Source: Octopus vulgaris (lineage: Eukaryota). From it: a DNA stretch of 64,000 bases. The DNA is taken from NCBI GenBank assembly GCA_951406725.2, contig OX597825.1:66836001-66900000 (forward strand), read 5' to 3'. Under the pieces are notes generated by a model, which was given only the letters and a program-made list of their open reading frames with translations, was not told the origin of the DNA and searched no databases. The translations under genes were made by a program, and so were the position numbers. Every line of letters begins with the position of its first letter. Position 1 is the first letter of the stretch. This document shows, piece after piece, positions 26,495-37,655 of the stretch.

Positions 26495-28045
26495 TCTATA
26501 TAGATAAATGTGTAATGATGTCTGTCTGTGTGCGTGTTTGGGCTTACTCTAACTCTTCCCACACCGTCTCACTGATTTTTATGATATTTGGCACATAGGC
26601 AGATCACATGCCTTGAGCTTCAAATAAGGCCAGAATTTTTCGAAAACTCGATAATGCTCAGTTGGAATCGATTTTTGTGAGCTCAGTCGGGCGTTTGAAT
26701 GGAAATTCCCATAAGGATGTAATTTTCCCTGCAGCTTTTGCATGTTTTTCCGATTTTGATGAAATCGATGAGTGAGCGAGGCTCATGGGCAGTGGGTTGA
26801 TGTCAGTATATGGCGTTGACAAAAAGTCGATAATTGCGCGTGAGCAGTGGTTTTATAAAATCAGTAGGCTTTTTGCGCGCCAATTACCCGTAGGGATTTT
26901 ATTTTTGGCCGTAACTTTTATATTTTTTATGCGATTTTAATGTAATTTGAGATGTTGATAAATTTTGTGATGGGGAAAATGGTAAAGGTATTTATTTAAT
27001 TCGAAAGAGCTTGAAAAGGGCACAAATGCAAATAAGCATTTCCTCAGAGACATTCCAATCGATTTTATAGAAATTTTACGTGTGATTACAGTTTATGTCC
27101 ATTAGTTGATGCCAGTAGGAAGAGTAGGAAGAGTAGGAAAAAAATCGATAATTGTGCGTGATCGGGGGATTTTAAGAAATCAATATGCTTTTTGTATGTC
27201 GTTACCCATAGGCTTAATATTTTATGCTGTTACTTTTGCAGAATTCATCCGATTTTGATGAAATTTTACAGTTAGTTTGTTAGTTAGTTAATTTGCTCAA
27301 AAGCAAATAGCAAGGCCATGTAGGGGGACATGGAGTTAAGTACAGGGTGGTGTTCATGTAAAGAGTTCAGGCCACTTGAGGTCAAGGGAGACTTTGAACA
27401 AAGCGGTCGTCGGCATCTTCACCATCTCGTCTGGCAGCTTGTTCCACGGATCCGCAACCCGGACGGAGAAAGCTCCTCTCCTTCGATTGAGGTATTGTTT
27501 ATGGTCGGAGTCATCTAGTTTAATTAAAATTAAACTGGTGAAAGGCAGAAATCGTAAAAATTTACAGACAATGAAATAATGAACTAATTTTGAAGAAAAT
27601 TTACCCATGAGTAAACTTAAGCACTTTAACATATGAAACTTCGATTATTCATATAATATAGTGGGATTTAAACGTCAATGGGATATTTTCATGCAAATGG
27701 TCACATGGATTCTATTTTATGACATAGCCTTAACAGTTTTCTTCGGATTTTGCTGAGATTAGACACGCTGTTCAATTTTGTACAGAGGGTAGCAGTAAGG
27801 GGAGAGAGATAAACAAACATCACTCTCAACGGGTCGAGGGACACGCAAACGCTTGACTGCGATTTCAGACGGTCTAGTATATAGGAGTATGTCGAAGGCG
27901 CTAACCGGGTAAAATCCCTGCTGAACCAGATAGATATAACATCTTAATGGGTAATAGTTGGCACAGAGAACGTAGAAGATTTCAATACAAGGTCAGCGGT
28001 AGGCTTAACTTCAACTCGGAAAGCACGAGAAACGCCGGGTCCAAC
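26495..28045 (+). mobile_element. Probable non-autonomous Helitron-like element with internal ~320-bp subrepeats
   Basis: 5' A|TCTATATAGATAAATG..TGTCTGTCTG resembles the 53968 element; 26820-26945 is repeated at 27140-27265; 3' hairpin CACGAGAAACGCCGGG at about 28024-28039, but no CTAG. Confidence 0.5.
27271..27515 (-). mobile_element. CR1-clade LINE 3' fragment
   Basis: RRGAFSVRVADPWNKLPDEMV..LFKVSLD C-terminal motif; (TAAC)n 3' tail at 27271-27290. Confidence 0.8.
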
Positions 28046-28059
28046 ATATAATATATATA

Positions 28060-28095
<36 letters not shown>

Positions 28096-28329
28096 AAGGC
28101 GGCGAGCTGGCAGAAACGTGAGCACGCCGGGCGAAATGCGTGGCCGTATTTCGTCTGCCGTTACGTTCTGAGTTCAAATTCCGCCGAGGTCGACTTTGCC
28201 TATCATCCTTTCGGGGTCGATAAATTAAGTACCAATTGCGCACTGGGGTTGATGTAATCGACTTAATCCCTTTGTCTGTCCTTGTTTGTCCTCTCTGTGT
28301 TTAGCCCCTTGTGGGTAGTAAAGAAATAT
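28096..28329 (+). mobile_element. Family C SINE, full length
   Basis: AAGGCGGCGAGCTGGCAG head through GTGGGTAGTAAAGAAATA tail. Confidence 0.85.
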
Positions 28330-28353
28330 ATATATATATATATATACATACAT

Positions 28354-29349
28354 ACAGGATGCAATGGGTAAATTGTCACCATATTAATTTCGCGTATGCG
28401 CTTGGTAGATTTGATTTTGCCGACTACACAGTATAGTAGGGGCTGTTGAGTATCGTCTATGAGAAAAACCGCACAATGACGTAATTCACTTTATCAAGTA
28501 TTTGGAAATGACATGATGTACTGTTTGGCATTGGCGCCGGAACCTCCAGCACGAACATTTCAGAGTGTTTGTGTGTCAATCTAAAGACAGTGCAGCAGAT
28601 TCAGAAAGAGTTGGATGAGTCTAACCATAATTACGAAGGTACGGCAGCTCGGAAAACTCACTCTGATCGTTCTGATAAGAAGAGACGCCTGAATAGATAT
28701 GTACATGTATCTGTGTATATGCGTGTATTTATGCATGTACATCTATGTATGTAAACATATATGTGCATATATTTGTGTGTGTGTGTTTCTGATTCCTCCT
28801 ATTACATTATGATATCTAAAGAGTACCTACATACATTGAGAACGATACTTCTAAGTCAATCAGGTCCATTGCCAAGGACATGGGAGTGTCTGAGTTTCTT
28901 ATCAAGCAGGTAACGCACGAAGACATTCGGCATTCCTTGCGTGAAAAGAGAAAGGGCCAATTTGTATGGCAACAGGATCTGCACCATGCCACACAAACAG
29001 TAGAACCCAGTCTTGGCATTCAGACAATTTCTACGACAACATCACCCCTAACATCGGGGCCTTGATTATTATGTGTGTAGCGCAGTTGAACGAACGAGAG
29101 ACCAACAAGACTCCTTGTAACACCAAAGATGAACTGAAGGCAAAGATTTTGGCAGCATTCACCAACTTAAAGAAGAAGAGTTGCAGGCGATTTCGAAATC
29201 ATCTGCAGGCCAATGGCAATTTTAATGAATAAAAATGTACTCTTCAGTATTTCAAGTAATTTTCATGCAATTTTGGTAAAGATATCTATTAAAATGAGAT
29301 GGCAGTTTTATTTTCAGTTTTGCGTAATTTAGACAACAGTTTATTCACC

Positions 29350-29350
<1 letters not shown>
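28354..29350 (+). mobile_element. Degenerate Tc1/mariner-superfamily (maT/DD37D-like) element
   Basis: HTH-like SIRSIAKDMGVS, VWQQD.APCHT, LDYYV..AVE, NTKDELKAKI, and CRRFRNHL..NGNFNE*; many frameshifts. Confidence 0.7.
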
Positions 29351-29446
<96 letters not shown>

Positions 29447-29455
29447 GTTTGTCTG

Positions 29456-29517
<62 letters not shown>

Positions 29518-29519
29518 CA

Positions 29520-29592
<73 letters not shown>

Positions 29593-29602
29593 AAAGGAAA
29601 AC

Positions 29603-29708
29603 GTATAGGCAAATTTGTTGCAAATGCACCTAAAGTTGAAAGACATATTATTAACAATTACAAGTGTTTCCAATTTAGGTGCACTTTGAATAACAAATTT
29701 GCCTATAC
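29603..29708. repeat. Short palindrome / MITE-like hairpin
   Basis: Arms GTATAGGCAAATTTGTT..TGCACCTAAA and their reverse complement. Confidence 0.75.
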
Positions 29709-29738
29709 ATACATGCATACATACATACATACATACAT

Positions 29739-29779
<41 letters not shown>

Positions 29780-30416
29780 ATTGTCACTAGAAACACCTAC
29801 ATTTCTAGAAGTGAGACTGAAAGTAGCTAGTCGCATATACATATATGTGTGTGCGTGTGTGTATGTGTATGTGTGTGTGTACATGTGTTATCTATATATG
29901 TATGTCTTTGTGTATACATACACGTGTGTGTCTATGTTTGTTCCCCCATCACCACTTGAAAATCGGTGTTGATGTGTTTACGTCCAGGTAACCTAGCGGT
30001 TCGGAAAAACGGCCCGATGTAACTTTTAAGAAAATAGTCCTGTGGTCTATTTACTTGAATAGTATATACTGTAAGTTGGTACTCCAGCATGGCCACAGTC
30101 AAATGACTGAAAAAAGCAAATGAATAATAGGATAAAACTATATAAACATACAGCTTTTTATTTGAATGCCTTACCTCTGGGGACAGAAACGATTAATTAA
30201 ATGTGAATTCTACTGTTCTCTTAAATATAACAGAAAATATTTGAGAATATCATTTCATGATAATTTTCCTTCTGCAGAGAAGATGTATAACTATTTTTCG
30301 TATACACACGTAATTTGTAATTTTAATATTAGGATTAATACTAGGATTTCCTATTAGCAATTAATCTCATTTTGATGTGATAAGTTTTCCTTTAACATAG
30401 GAAATTAAGTAATATG

Positions 30417-30880
30417 TAATATATTGTCTATTTTAAAACATGTCCGGTTAACAGATTATATATAATGTAACAGATATAAAATTATGTATAATGCAAGCGA
30501 TGAGATTGAGATGCCATGAAAACTTCCTCTTCTCATCTTAAGTAAAGAGGGAAATATTTGGCAACCTCTTTTAAATATATATATTGATAGAAATGGTAAG
30601 ACAACAAAAGAATGAAAGAGACATCGATATTATGTAAATAGAGGAATTTATCTGTAAATGTAATATGTGACAATTATTCGGTATCCATGATAGAATTCCG
30701 AGTTTCGGATGCCGAGGTGGAAATTCACGCCGCCATCACTTCAGTTATCCGGCCATTGGAAAAAAATGCCTAATTTTTTTCCGATGGCCAGATAACTGAA
30801 GAGATGGGGGCGTGGATTTCCACCTCGGCATCTGAAACTCGAAGTTTTATCATGGCTACCGAATAATTGTCACATATTAA

Positions 30881-30958
<78 letters not shown>

Positions 30959-31365
30959 TTAGAGACAAAACCACTATTTTGCAAATCAAACAAAGAAAGA
31001 CTTAATCCAATACATAAAAGAATGAAAGGGACCTCGATATTACGTAAATAGAGGAATTTATCTGTAAATGTAATATGTGACAATTATTCGGTATCCATGA
31101 TAGAACTCCGAGTTTCGCATGCCGAGGTGGAAATTCACGCCGCCATCTCTTCAGTTATCTGGCCATTGGAAAAAAATGCCCAATTTCATGGCATCTCAAT
31201 CTCATCGCTTGCATTATATATCATTTTATATCTGTTACATTATATATAATATGTTAACCGGACATGTTTTAAAATAGACAATATATTAAATTTTTTTATG
31301 TATTGGATTAAGTCTTTCTTTGTTTGATTTGCAAAATAGTGGTTTTGTCTCTAATTAATATTATA
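30417..31365. repeat. Nested inverted/direct repeat cluster with three hammerhead-like motifs
   Basis: 30417-30521 is inverted to 31184-31288; 30605-30770 is repeated directly at 31017-31180 and partly inverted at 30774-30880; 30950-31019 is inverted to 31294-31365. Confidence 0.85.
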
Positions 31366-31441
31366 TAATATTTTGCTATAAAATTGGATTCAATCCTAAA
31401 TCTGATTTTTCCCTGTAAATTTGGATTTATTCCCTAATATT

Positions 31442-31501
<60 letters not shown>

Positions 31502-31524
31502 GTATGTATATATGTGTGTGTGTA

Positions 31525-32817
31525 TTAGCTCATCCCATAAATAATGGGTTTTTTATACGTCTTTTATTTTTCAAAATTAAGATAAAGTTCATTTTTAATC
31601 TAAAATATACTCTCCTTCATTTTCTACAATGCCCTTCACTTATCTAGTAGACTTGCAAGGTCCCTCTTCCAAAATTAATTTGTCCTTGACGAAAAACCCT
31701 CCTCTAGTTCTGTTCTGACCCCGTCTAGAGAATTCATATTTTTCCGTCCAAATGATTTTGGAGACTCCGGAATAAATGATAATCAGATGGGGCTATGTCC
31801 GGCGAATATGGTGGATAGGGTATCGGTTCCCTTTCATATTACTCCAGCCTTTGGAATGTCATCCTCGCTGTGCGTGGTTGAGCATTATCCTGATGGAAGA
31901 ATACGTTTCGTCTTGAAACCAAAGATGGTCGTTTTTCTTCTAGCGCTGAGTTAAGCTGCTCTACCTGCTCGCTGTAGATCTCCTTTGTTATCGCTTGGTT
32001 TGGGTTTAAAAGTTCAAAGTGGATTAAACCTTTCATGTCCCAACAAACAGATAACAATACTTTGCTTGGGAGAAGACCTTCTTTAGCCTGGGATGCTGAT
32101 GTTTCTACTTTCCCTACCCACTGTCTTCGGTGATTGACATTTTTATAGAGAATCCATTTCTCGCCGCCTGTTATTATTCGGTCCAAAAGCAAAGGTTCGT
32201 TCGTGTGATGTGACGGAAAAGAAGACCACACATCCACACTCTGTCCTCGATTAGACTCGGAAAGTTTGCGAGGAACCCATTGACGCAATTTGCTGACTTT
32301 TCCAATGGCACGCATGTGTCAATTAATGGTTGAATGTCCAAGTCCAAGCGTCTCTGCTACTTCATCAAAAGTTACGACAAGATTTTTTTTCTCAACCAGG
32401 GTTTGCAGAACGTCCTCGTCGAGCTCTACAGATCTTCCAGGACGAGGCTTGTCTTCTGGGCTGTAGTTTCCGGAACCACCGTTAACTGTTTCTGGAACAA
32501 CTGTTAACACTGGCTTACCTTTATTGTCCGATCTCCATATACTTCGTTAATATTCCTCGCACCTTCCGTTGCGTTGTTGCCTTTTTCGAACTCATAAAGC
32601 AAAATATGCTGAATATGTTTCTTTGTCACTTCCATTACAGCTTTCGAAAAATAACTATTAAAATCGAACTACACTCTCGAGAACTCGCACTAAGAATAAG
32701 ACCAAGGTAAAATTACTCCCTGTTTTTATGGCAAGTTGATGCAGGTAGATTAACCCGCCCCCTTCTGACTTTTAGTTCATGCAATTGAAACACCGCATTA
32801 TTTATGGGATAACACAA
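31525..32817 (-). mobile_element. Full-length (1.29 kb) mariner DD34D transposon, inactive
   Basis: TA TSD; imperfect TIRs TTAGCTCATCCCATAAATAATG and TTGTGTTATCCCATAAATAATG. Confidence 0.92.
31595..32635 (-). pseudogene. Mariner transposase pseudogene
   Basis: MEVTKKHIQHILLYEF.., PRPGRS, WVPRKL, IITGGEKW (first catalytic D changed to G), HQDNA, PYSPDIAPSDY, ENEGEYILD*; internal stops and frameshifts. Confidence 0.9.
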
Positions 32818-32962
32818 TATATATACAATTGCAGCGTGGAAGGTGTTTATAAGCCATTTAAGAAACACATAAAAACCGTTAGATTCACTTCAACATTTTA
32901 ATTTAAGTTGTCAAAATATTTTCGTCGCTTTGAGATCGCGACCTGTTCACTGACAAAATTCC

Positions 32963-33033
<71 letters not shown>

Positions 33034-33039
<6 letters not shown>

Positions 33040-33241
33040 AATGAGAGAGATGACCACTATGTGGATAACCCTTATGCTAGAAGTAGATCCGCTATGGTCT
33101 TACCACTAAGAAATGTTCTCAAGAACACGTTCTGGTGTTTGCTAAATTTTCTTTCAGAACATTTCTTAGTGGTAAAACCATAGCAGATCTACTTCTAGCA
33201 TAAGGGTTGTCCACATAGTGGTCATCCCTCTCATTTGTATA
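33034..33241. repeat. Long palindrome (about 86-bp arms, 35-nt loop)
   Basis: 33034-33120 versus 33156-33241, four mismatches by eye. Confidence 0.9.
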
Positions 33242-33392
33242 CAATACAATTTACTGAACCTTCAGATTTTTGCTGATCTATTCAATCACGCTTCTCTCGG
33301 ACACTCATTTTCTCCATTACCTTCTATATTGATTTCATTTCCTTTTTTCTACCTTTTCTATCATTCCTACTGTCTTTTCATCTCTCTCTCTT

Positions 33393-33609
33393 TTACTCTT
33401 TTATTCTTTTACTTGTTTCAGTCATTTGACTGCGGCCATGCTGGAGCACCGCCTTTAGTCGAGCAAATTGACCCCGGGACTTATTCTTTGTAAGCCCAGT
33501 ACTTATTCTATCGGTCTCTTATGCCGAACCGATAAGTGACGGGGACGTAAACACACCAGCATCGGTTGTCAAGCAATGCAAGGGGACAAACACAGACACA
33601 CAAACACAT

Positions 33610-33676
<67 letters not shown>

Positions 33677-33843
33677 TACGACAGGCTTCTTTCAGTTTCT
33701 GTCTACCAAATCCACTCACAAGGCATTGATCGGCCCGGGGCTATAGCAGAAGACACTTGCCCAAGATGCCACGCAGTGGGACTGAACCCGGAACCATGTG
33801 GTTGGATAGCAAGCTACTTACCACACAGCCACTCCTGCGCCTA
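33393..33843 (-). mobile_element. Family B SINE, full length
   Basis: Head TAGGCGCAGGAGTGGCTGTGTGG, internal (TA)n, tail. Confidence 0.88.
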
Positions 33844-34190
33844 TCTCTTCACTTTCCTTTTCAAGTCCTATAAGATATCATGTTTCACTGTGTTACTTTC
33901 ACTCCTGTCAAGATGCTGTCTTAGAGCCAAACGACGTTTATTTGCCAGTATATTTACACTAGTACCAACTACTCGTGTCGTGTTTGTTTTCGTCACCGTC
34001 CTCTACATTCGCTCATTATTCCCAGCCTAGCCGCTTTTTGCTGTGGACGCCACCAAAATGAACAATATTATCGTTAAAGGCTTGAAATTGTAATGGATTT
34101 TGGGTGATAACTGACGAGGAAAGAGCATGTCCATGTCCAATGTGTAAACATTCTATTTGTTCCCTTCTTGTTCTTCAGTTCAATAGATAT

Positions 34191-34228
<38 letters not shown>

Positions 34229-34290
34229 GGATGGATAGATAGAGATAGAGAGAGAGAGAGAGAGAGATTGATAGATAGATGTATGTGTCT

Positions 34291-34642
34291 CTCTCTTTTA
34301 CTTGTTTCAGTCATTTGACTGCAGCCATGCTGGAGCACCCCAAAACTTATTCTTCGTAACTCTAGTACTTGTTCTATCGGTATCTTTTGCCGAATCGCTA
34401 AGTGACGGCGACGTAAATACACCAGCATCACTTGTCAAGCGATGCTGGGGGGAGAAACACACACACACACAAACACACACACATATATACATATACATAT
34501 ATACGACGGGCTTCTTTCAGTTTCCGTCTACCAAATCCACTCACAAGGCTTTGGTCAGCCCGAGGCTACAGCAGAAGACACTTGCTCAAAATGCCACGCA
34601 GTGGGACTGAACCCGGAACCATGTGGTTGGTAGGCAAGCTAC
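34291..34642 (-). mobile_element. Family B SINE, 5'-clipped
   Basis: Similarity to the 33393 copy. Confidence 0.85.
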
Positions 34643-34649
34643 TGTAGTA

Positions 34650-34810
34650 TCACTTTTAAAGTCCTTTTCTGCAATCTCTGAATAATTCTTTCGTCTTGAT
34701 ATCCAGAGGGTTTCAATCGATAGTTCTGCAAATTTTGATTTCAAAGAGATGTCACTCAGTTGGTCATGTTCTGCGGCAGAGAGATAAGTAGTATCGTTAA
34801 AATCCAGAAA
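34650..34810 (-). pseudogene. hAT (Charlie/Buster-like) transposase C-terminal fragment
   Basis: Minus frame LSAAEHDQLSDISLKSKFAELSIETLWISRRKNYSEIAEK resembles the hAT dimerisation region (LK.KF....L..FW....YP.L). Confidence 0.55.
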
Positions 34811-34979
34811 TAATGACGCAGCTATCGATTCCTGATTACTGGGAATAAGCGTAAGAGAAAGGAAAATAATGAACTGTGCAGTGTAGCCGAGTTAGGTGCT
34901 TACACGTTAGTGTTAGAAATATATAGTTATTTAAGTTAGTATTGCAATTTAGCCCAGGATAAATTACCTACGTTTACCG

Positions 34980-35013
<34 letters not shown>

Positions 35014-36269
35014 TAATTGCCAGTAAAAACAAAGTCACCAAGTAATTTTCCCAGCATTTACAACTCAGATAAATAATTTTACCTTTCCATTGACGTCTGT
35101 GTTCTTATCTAAGTATAATGCAAAGACCCTACACGTTTGAAAGTCTTGAAAAACGTGATACTCTAACGCATGACGTATGTTGAATACGACAATTCACCTT
35201 TAATTATTTTTTCCACACCATCTTGGTTTAGTAACGTTAATTAAATTTCTTTACAAACTAGAATAATTAACGTGTCTCCAACTGTCCAAGGTGTCATTAA
35301 ATTGGAAATTATTATCGACGAACATTTGTATAATACTAGAAGAAACCTTTGGAGATTGTTACTTTTATTAATCATTCGCTTACCTGCACATTTATTGCTT
35401 TCTCACAGATGACCGCAGTATTCAATTTTCTTGCCCTTCAAGAGGTTCTCTAAACAGCTTTTTAATTTGCTTAGAGCAACCGATCTATTAGAAGCAAACT
35501 GTTTACAAATAATGCATTTTGAAACGATGGATCAATATTTTGATAAAATAAGCCAAATTGTGTTAGATATCTTATCGACGAACAGTTAAGTTTTGTTTGA
35601 AAGAAGCCGGTATTGAGAATGACGTTATCTGTACATTCGCCTCATCGACTTTACTCTTAGTTCTAGGTATTTTAAAGAAAAGCATCCAATATTATCTATT
35701 TATTCAAAAGGAAAGATATAAAATGATTTTACCGGTATTAAAGACAGTTGAACACTTTAAAGATCTAGGCAATGGTAAATAAAGAATTTCATGGGCAACT
35801 TTATGTCTGGCATATTCTTAAACTCAAAGACTATATAAACTATACGTTACAGTCCTGGTCAAAAGTGTGAAAACAAAGATGCAGTTTAATAGTTTCTAAT
35901 AGAGTTTTCATAGATAGAAAGCAAATTATCTGGTCGATATTCCAAGTTACAAAGTAAATTTATATCATATTTTATGATAAATGAATGAAATATTATTCCA
36001 CAATTTCCTCTGTATGACTTTTCCGATAGCGCAAGGTAACTCAATATTTTATAAATTTATTGAATTATCATTTAATAAATGATTCATAATGTTATTTTAA
36101 GTAGCAATACACTGAAGTTCAGGAAGATAACAACTTTTACGTTTATATTTTCCTGAGATGTTTGCTTAGGTTACATCAGACGTGAAGGAAGCTGAATACA
36201 CAAAACATTTTACAGAAGAGGCAGCCCTTGTGTCGTAACTCCTTAAACTTAAATTTGTGTTGCATAACC

Positions 36270-36507
36270 TATTTCTTTATTAACCACAAGGGGCTAAACA
36301 CAGAGGGGACAAACAAGGACAGACATAGGTATTAAGTCGATTACATCGACCCCAGTGCGTAACTGGTACTTAATTTATCGACCCCGAAAGTATGAAAGGC
36401 AAAGTCGACCTCGGCGGAATTTGAACTCACAACGTAACGGCAGACGAAGTACCGCAAAGCATTTCGCCCGGTGTGCTAACGCTTCTGCTAGCTCGCCGCC
36501 TTTTTGA
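36270..36507 (-). mobile_element. Family C SINE
   Basis: Full length; 12-bp TSD TGTTGCATAACC. Confidence 0.9.
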
Positions 36508-36697
36508 TGTTGCATAACCGTTTACATATTGCCAGCGAATACTAAAATGGAAATGTAAAAAGTAAGACATTGCTTGCACAATTGCTTGAATCTGTTAGGT
36601 TGTCTGAAAAGTTCTGAACGTTTTTAAGCTAAATCTTTTTACGCCTCTTTGAACACACCTGAAACGTAACACAATCAGGTGGTGGTATTAAAAGAGA

Positions 36698-36930
36698 AAG
36701 GCGGCGGGCTGGCAGAAACGTTAGCACGCCGGGCGAAATGCGGAGCCGTATTTCGTCTGCCGTTACGTCCTGAGTTCAAATTCCGCCGAGGTCAATTTTG
36801 CCTTTCATCCTTTCGCGGTCGATAAATTAAGTACCAGTTACGCACTGGGGTCGATGTAATCGACTTAATACCTATGTCTGTCCTTGTTTGTCCCTTCTAT
36901 GTTTAGCCCCTTGTGGGTAATAAAGAAATA
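36698..36930 (+). mobile_element. Family C SINE
   Basis: Full length; 14-bp TSD GGTATTAAAAGAGA. Confidence 0.9.
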
Positions 36931-37015
36931 GGTATTAAAAGAGATTATGCCAACCATAGTTCCTCATTGGAGGTAAAGCGGTATCGTACTACGTATTTGA
37001 AAGTATGAGCCGTAT

Positions 37016-37083
37016 TGATATTTGTACTTTTCTGATATTTGTACTTTTCTGATATTTGTACTTTTCTGATATTTGTACTTTTC
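37016..37083. repeat. 17-bp minisatellite, four copies (TGATATTTGTACTTTTC)
   Basis: Four perfect tandem copies. Confidence 0.9.
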
Positions 37084-37312
37084 TAAATGATTTCAAGTAT
37101 CTACTTATGTTCAGTTCTCTTTTATTATAAAACATATTTTCTTTGTCATTTCTTTCTTTCAGAGTGTACGCTTTCCGTTGTCTGGTTTTTATTTTCAAAG
37201 CAGAAAATTGATGTGAAATAGATAAAAAAACAAAACAGAAGCAACACAGAATGTCTACTGTCTGCAATATAATTTTTAGTATTATAGTATTATAACTATT
37301 ATATAAAGTAAT

Positions 37313-37655
37313 GTGGAGGCGCAATGGCCCAGTGGTTAGGGCAGCGGACTCGCGGTCATAGGATCGCGGTTTCGATTACCAGACCGGGCGTTGTGAGTGT
37401 TTATTGAGCGAGGCGCCGGCAGGGGATGGTGGTGATCCCTGCTGTACTCTTTCACCACAACTTTCTCTCACTCTTACTTCCTGTTTCTGTTGTACCTGTA
37501 TTTCAAGGGGCCGGCCTTGTCACTCTCTGTGTCACGCTGAATATCCCCGAGAACTACGTTAAGCGTGCATGTGCCTGTGGAGTGCTCAGCCACTTACACG
37601 TTGATTCGGATCAACCGGAACCCTCATCATCGTAACCGACGGAGTGCTTCCACAC
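37313..37655 (+). mobile_element. Family A SINE (tail type 3)
   Basis: 12-bp TSD ATATAAAGTAAT. Confidence 0.9.

Noticed and set aside
34108-34160. CTGACGAGG core start
   Set aside because: No GAAA box follows (GTAAAC instead); too decayed to call.
37016-37083. Regular 17-bp repeats as a possible CRISPR array
   Set aside because: No spacers; a simple minisatellite in eukaryotic DNA.
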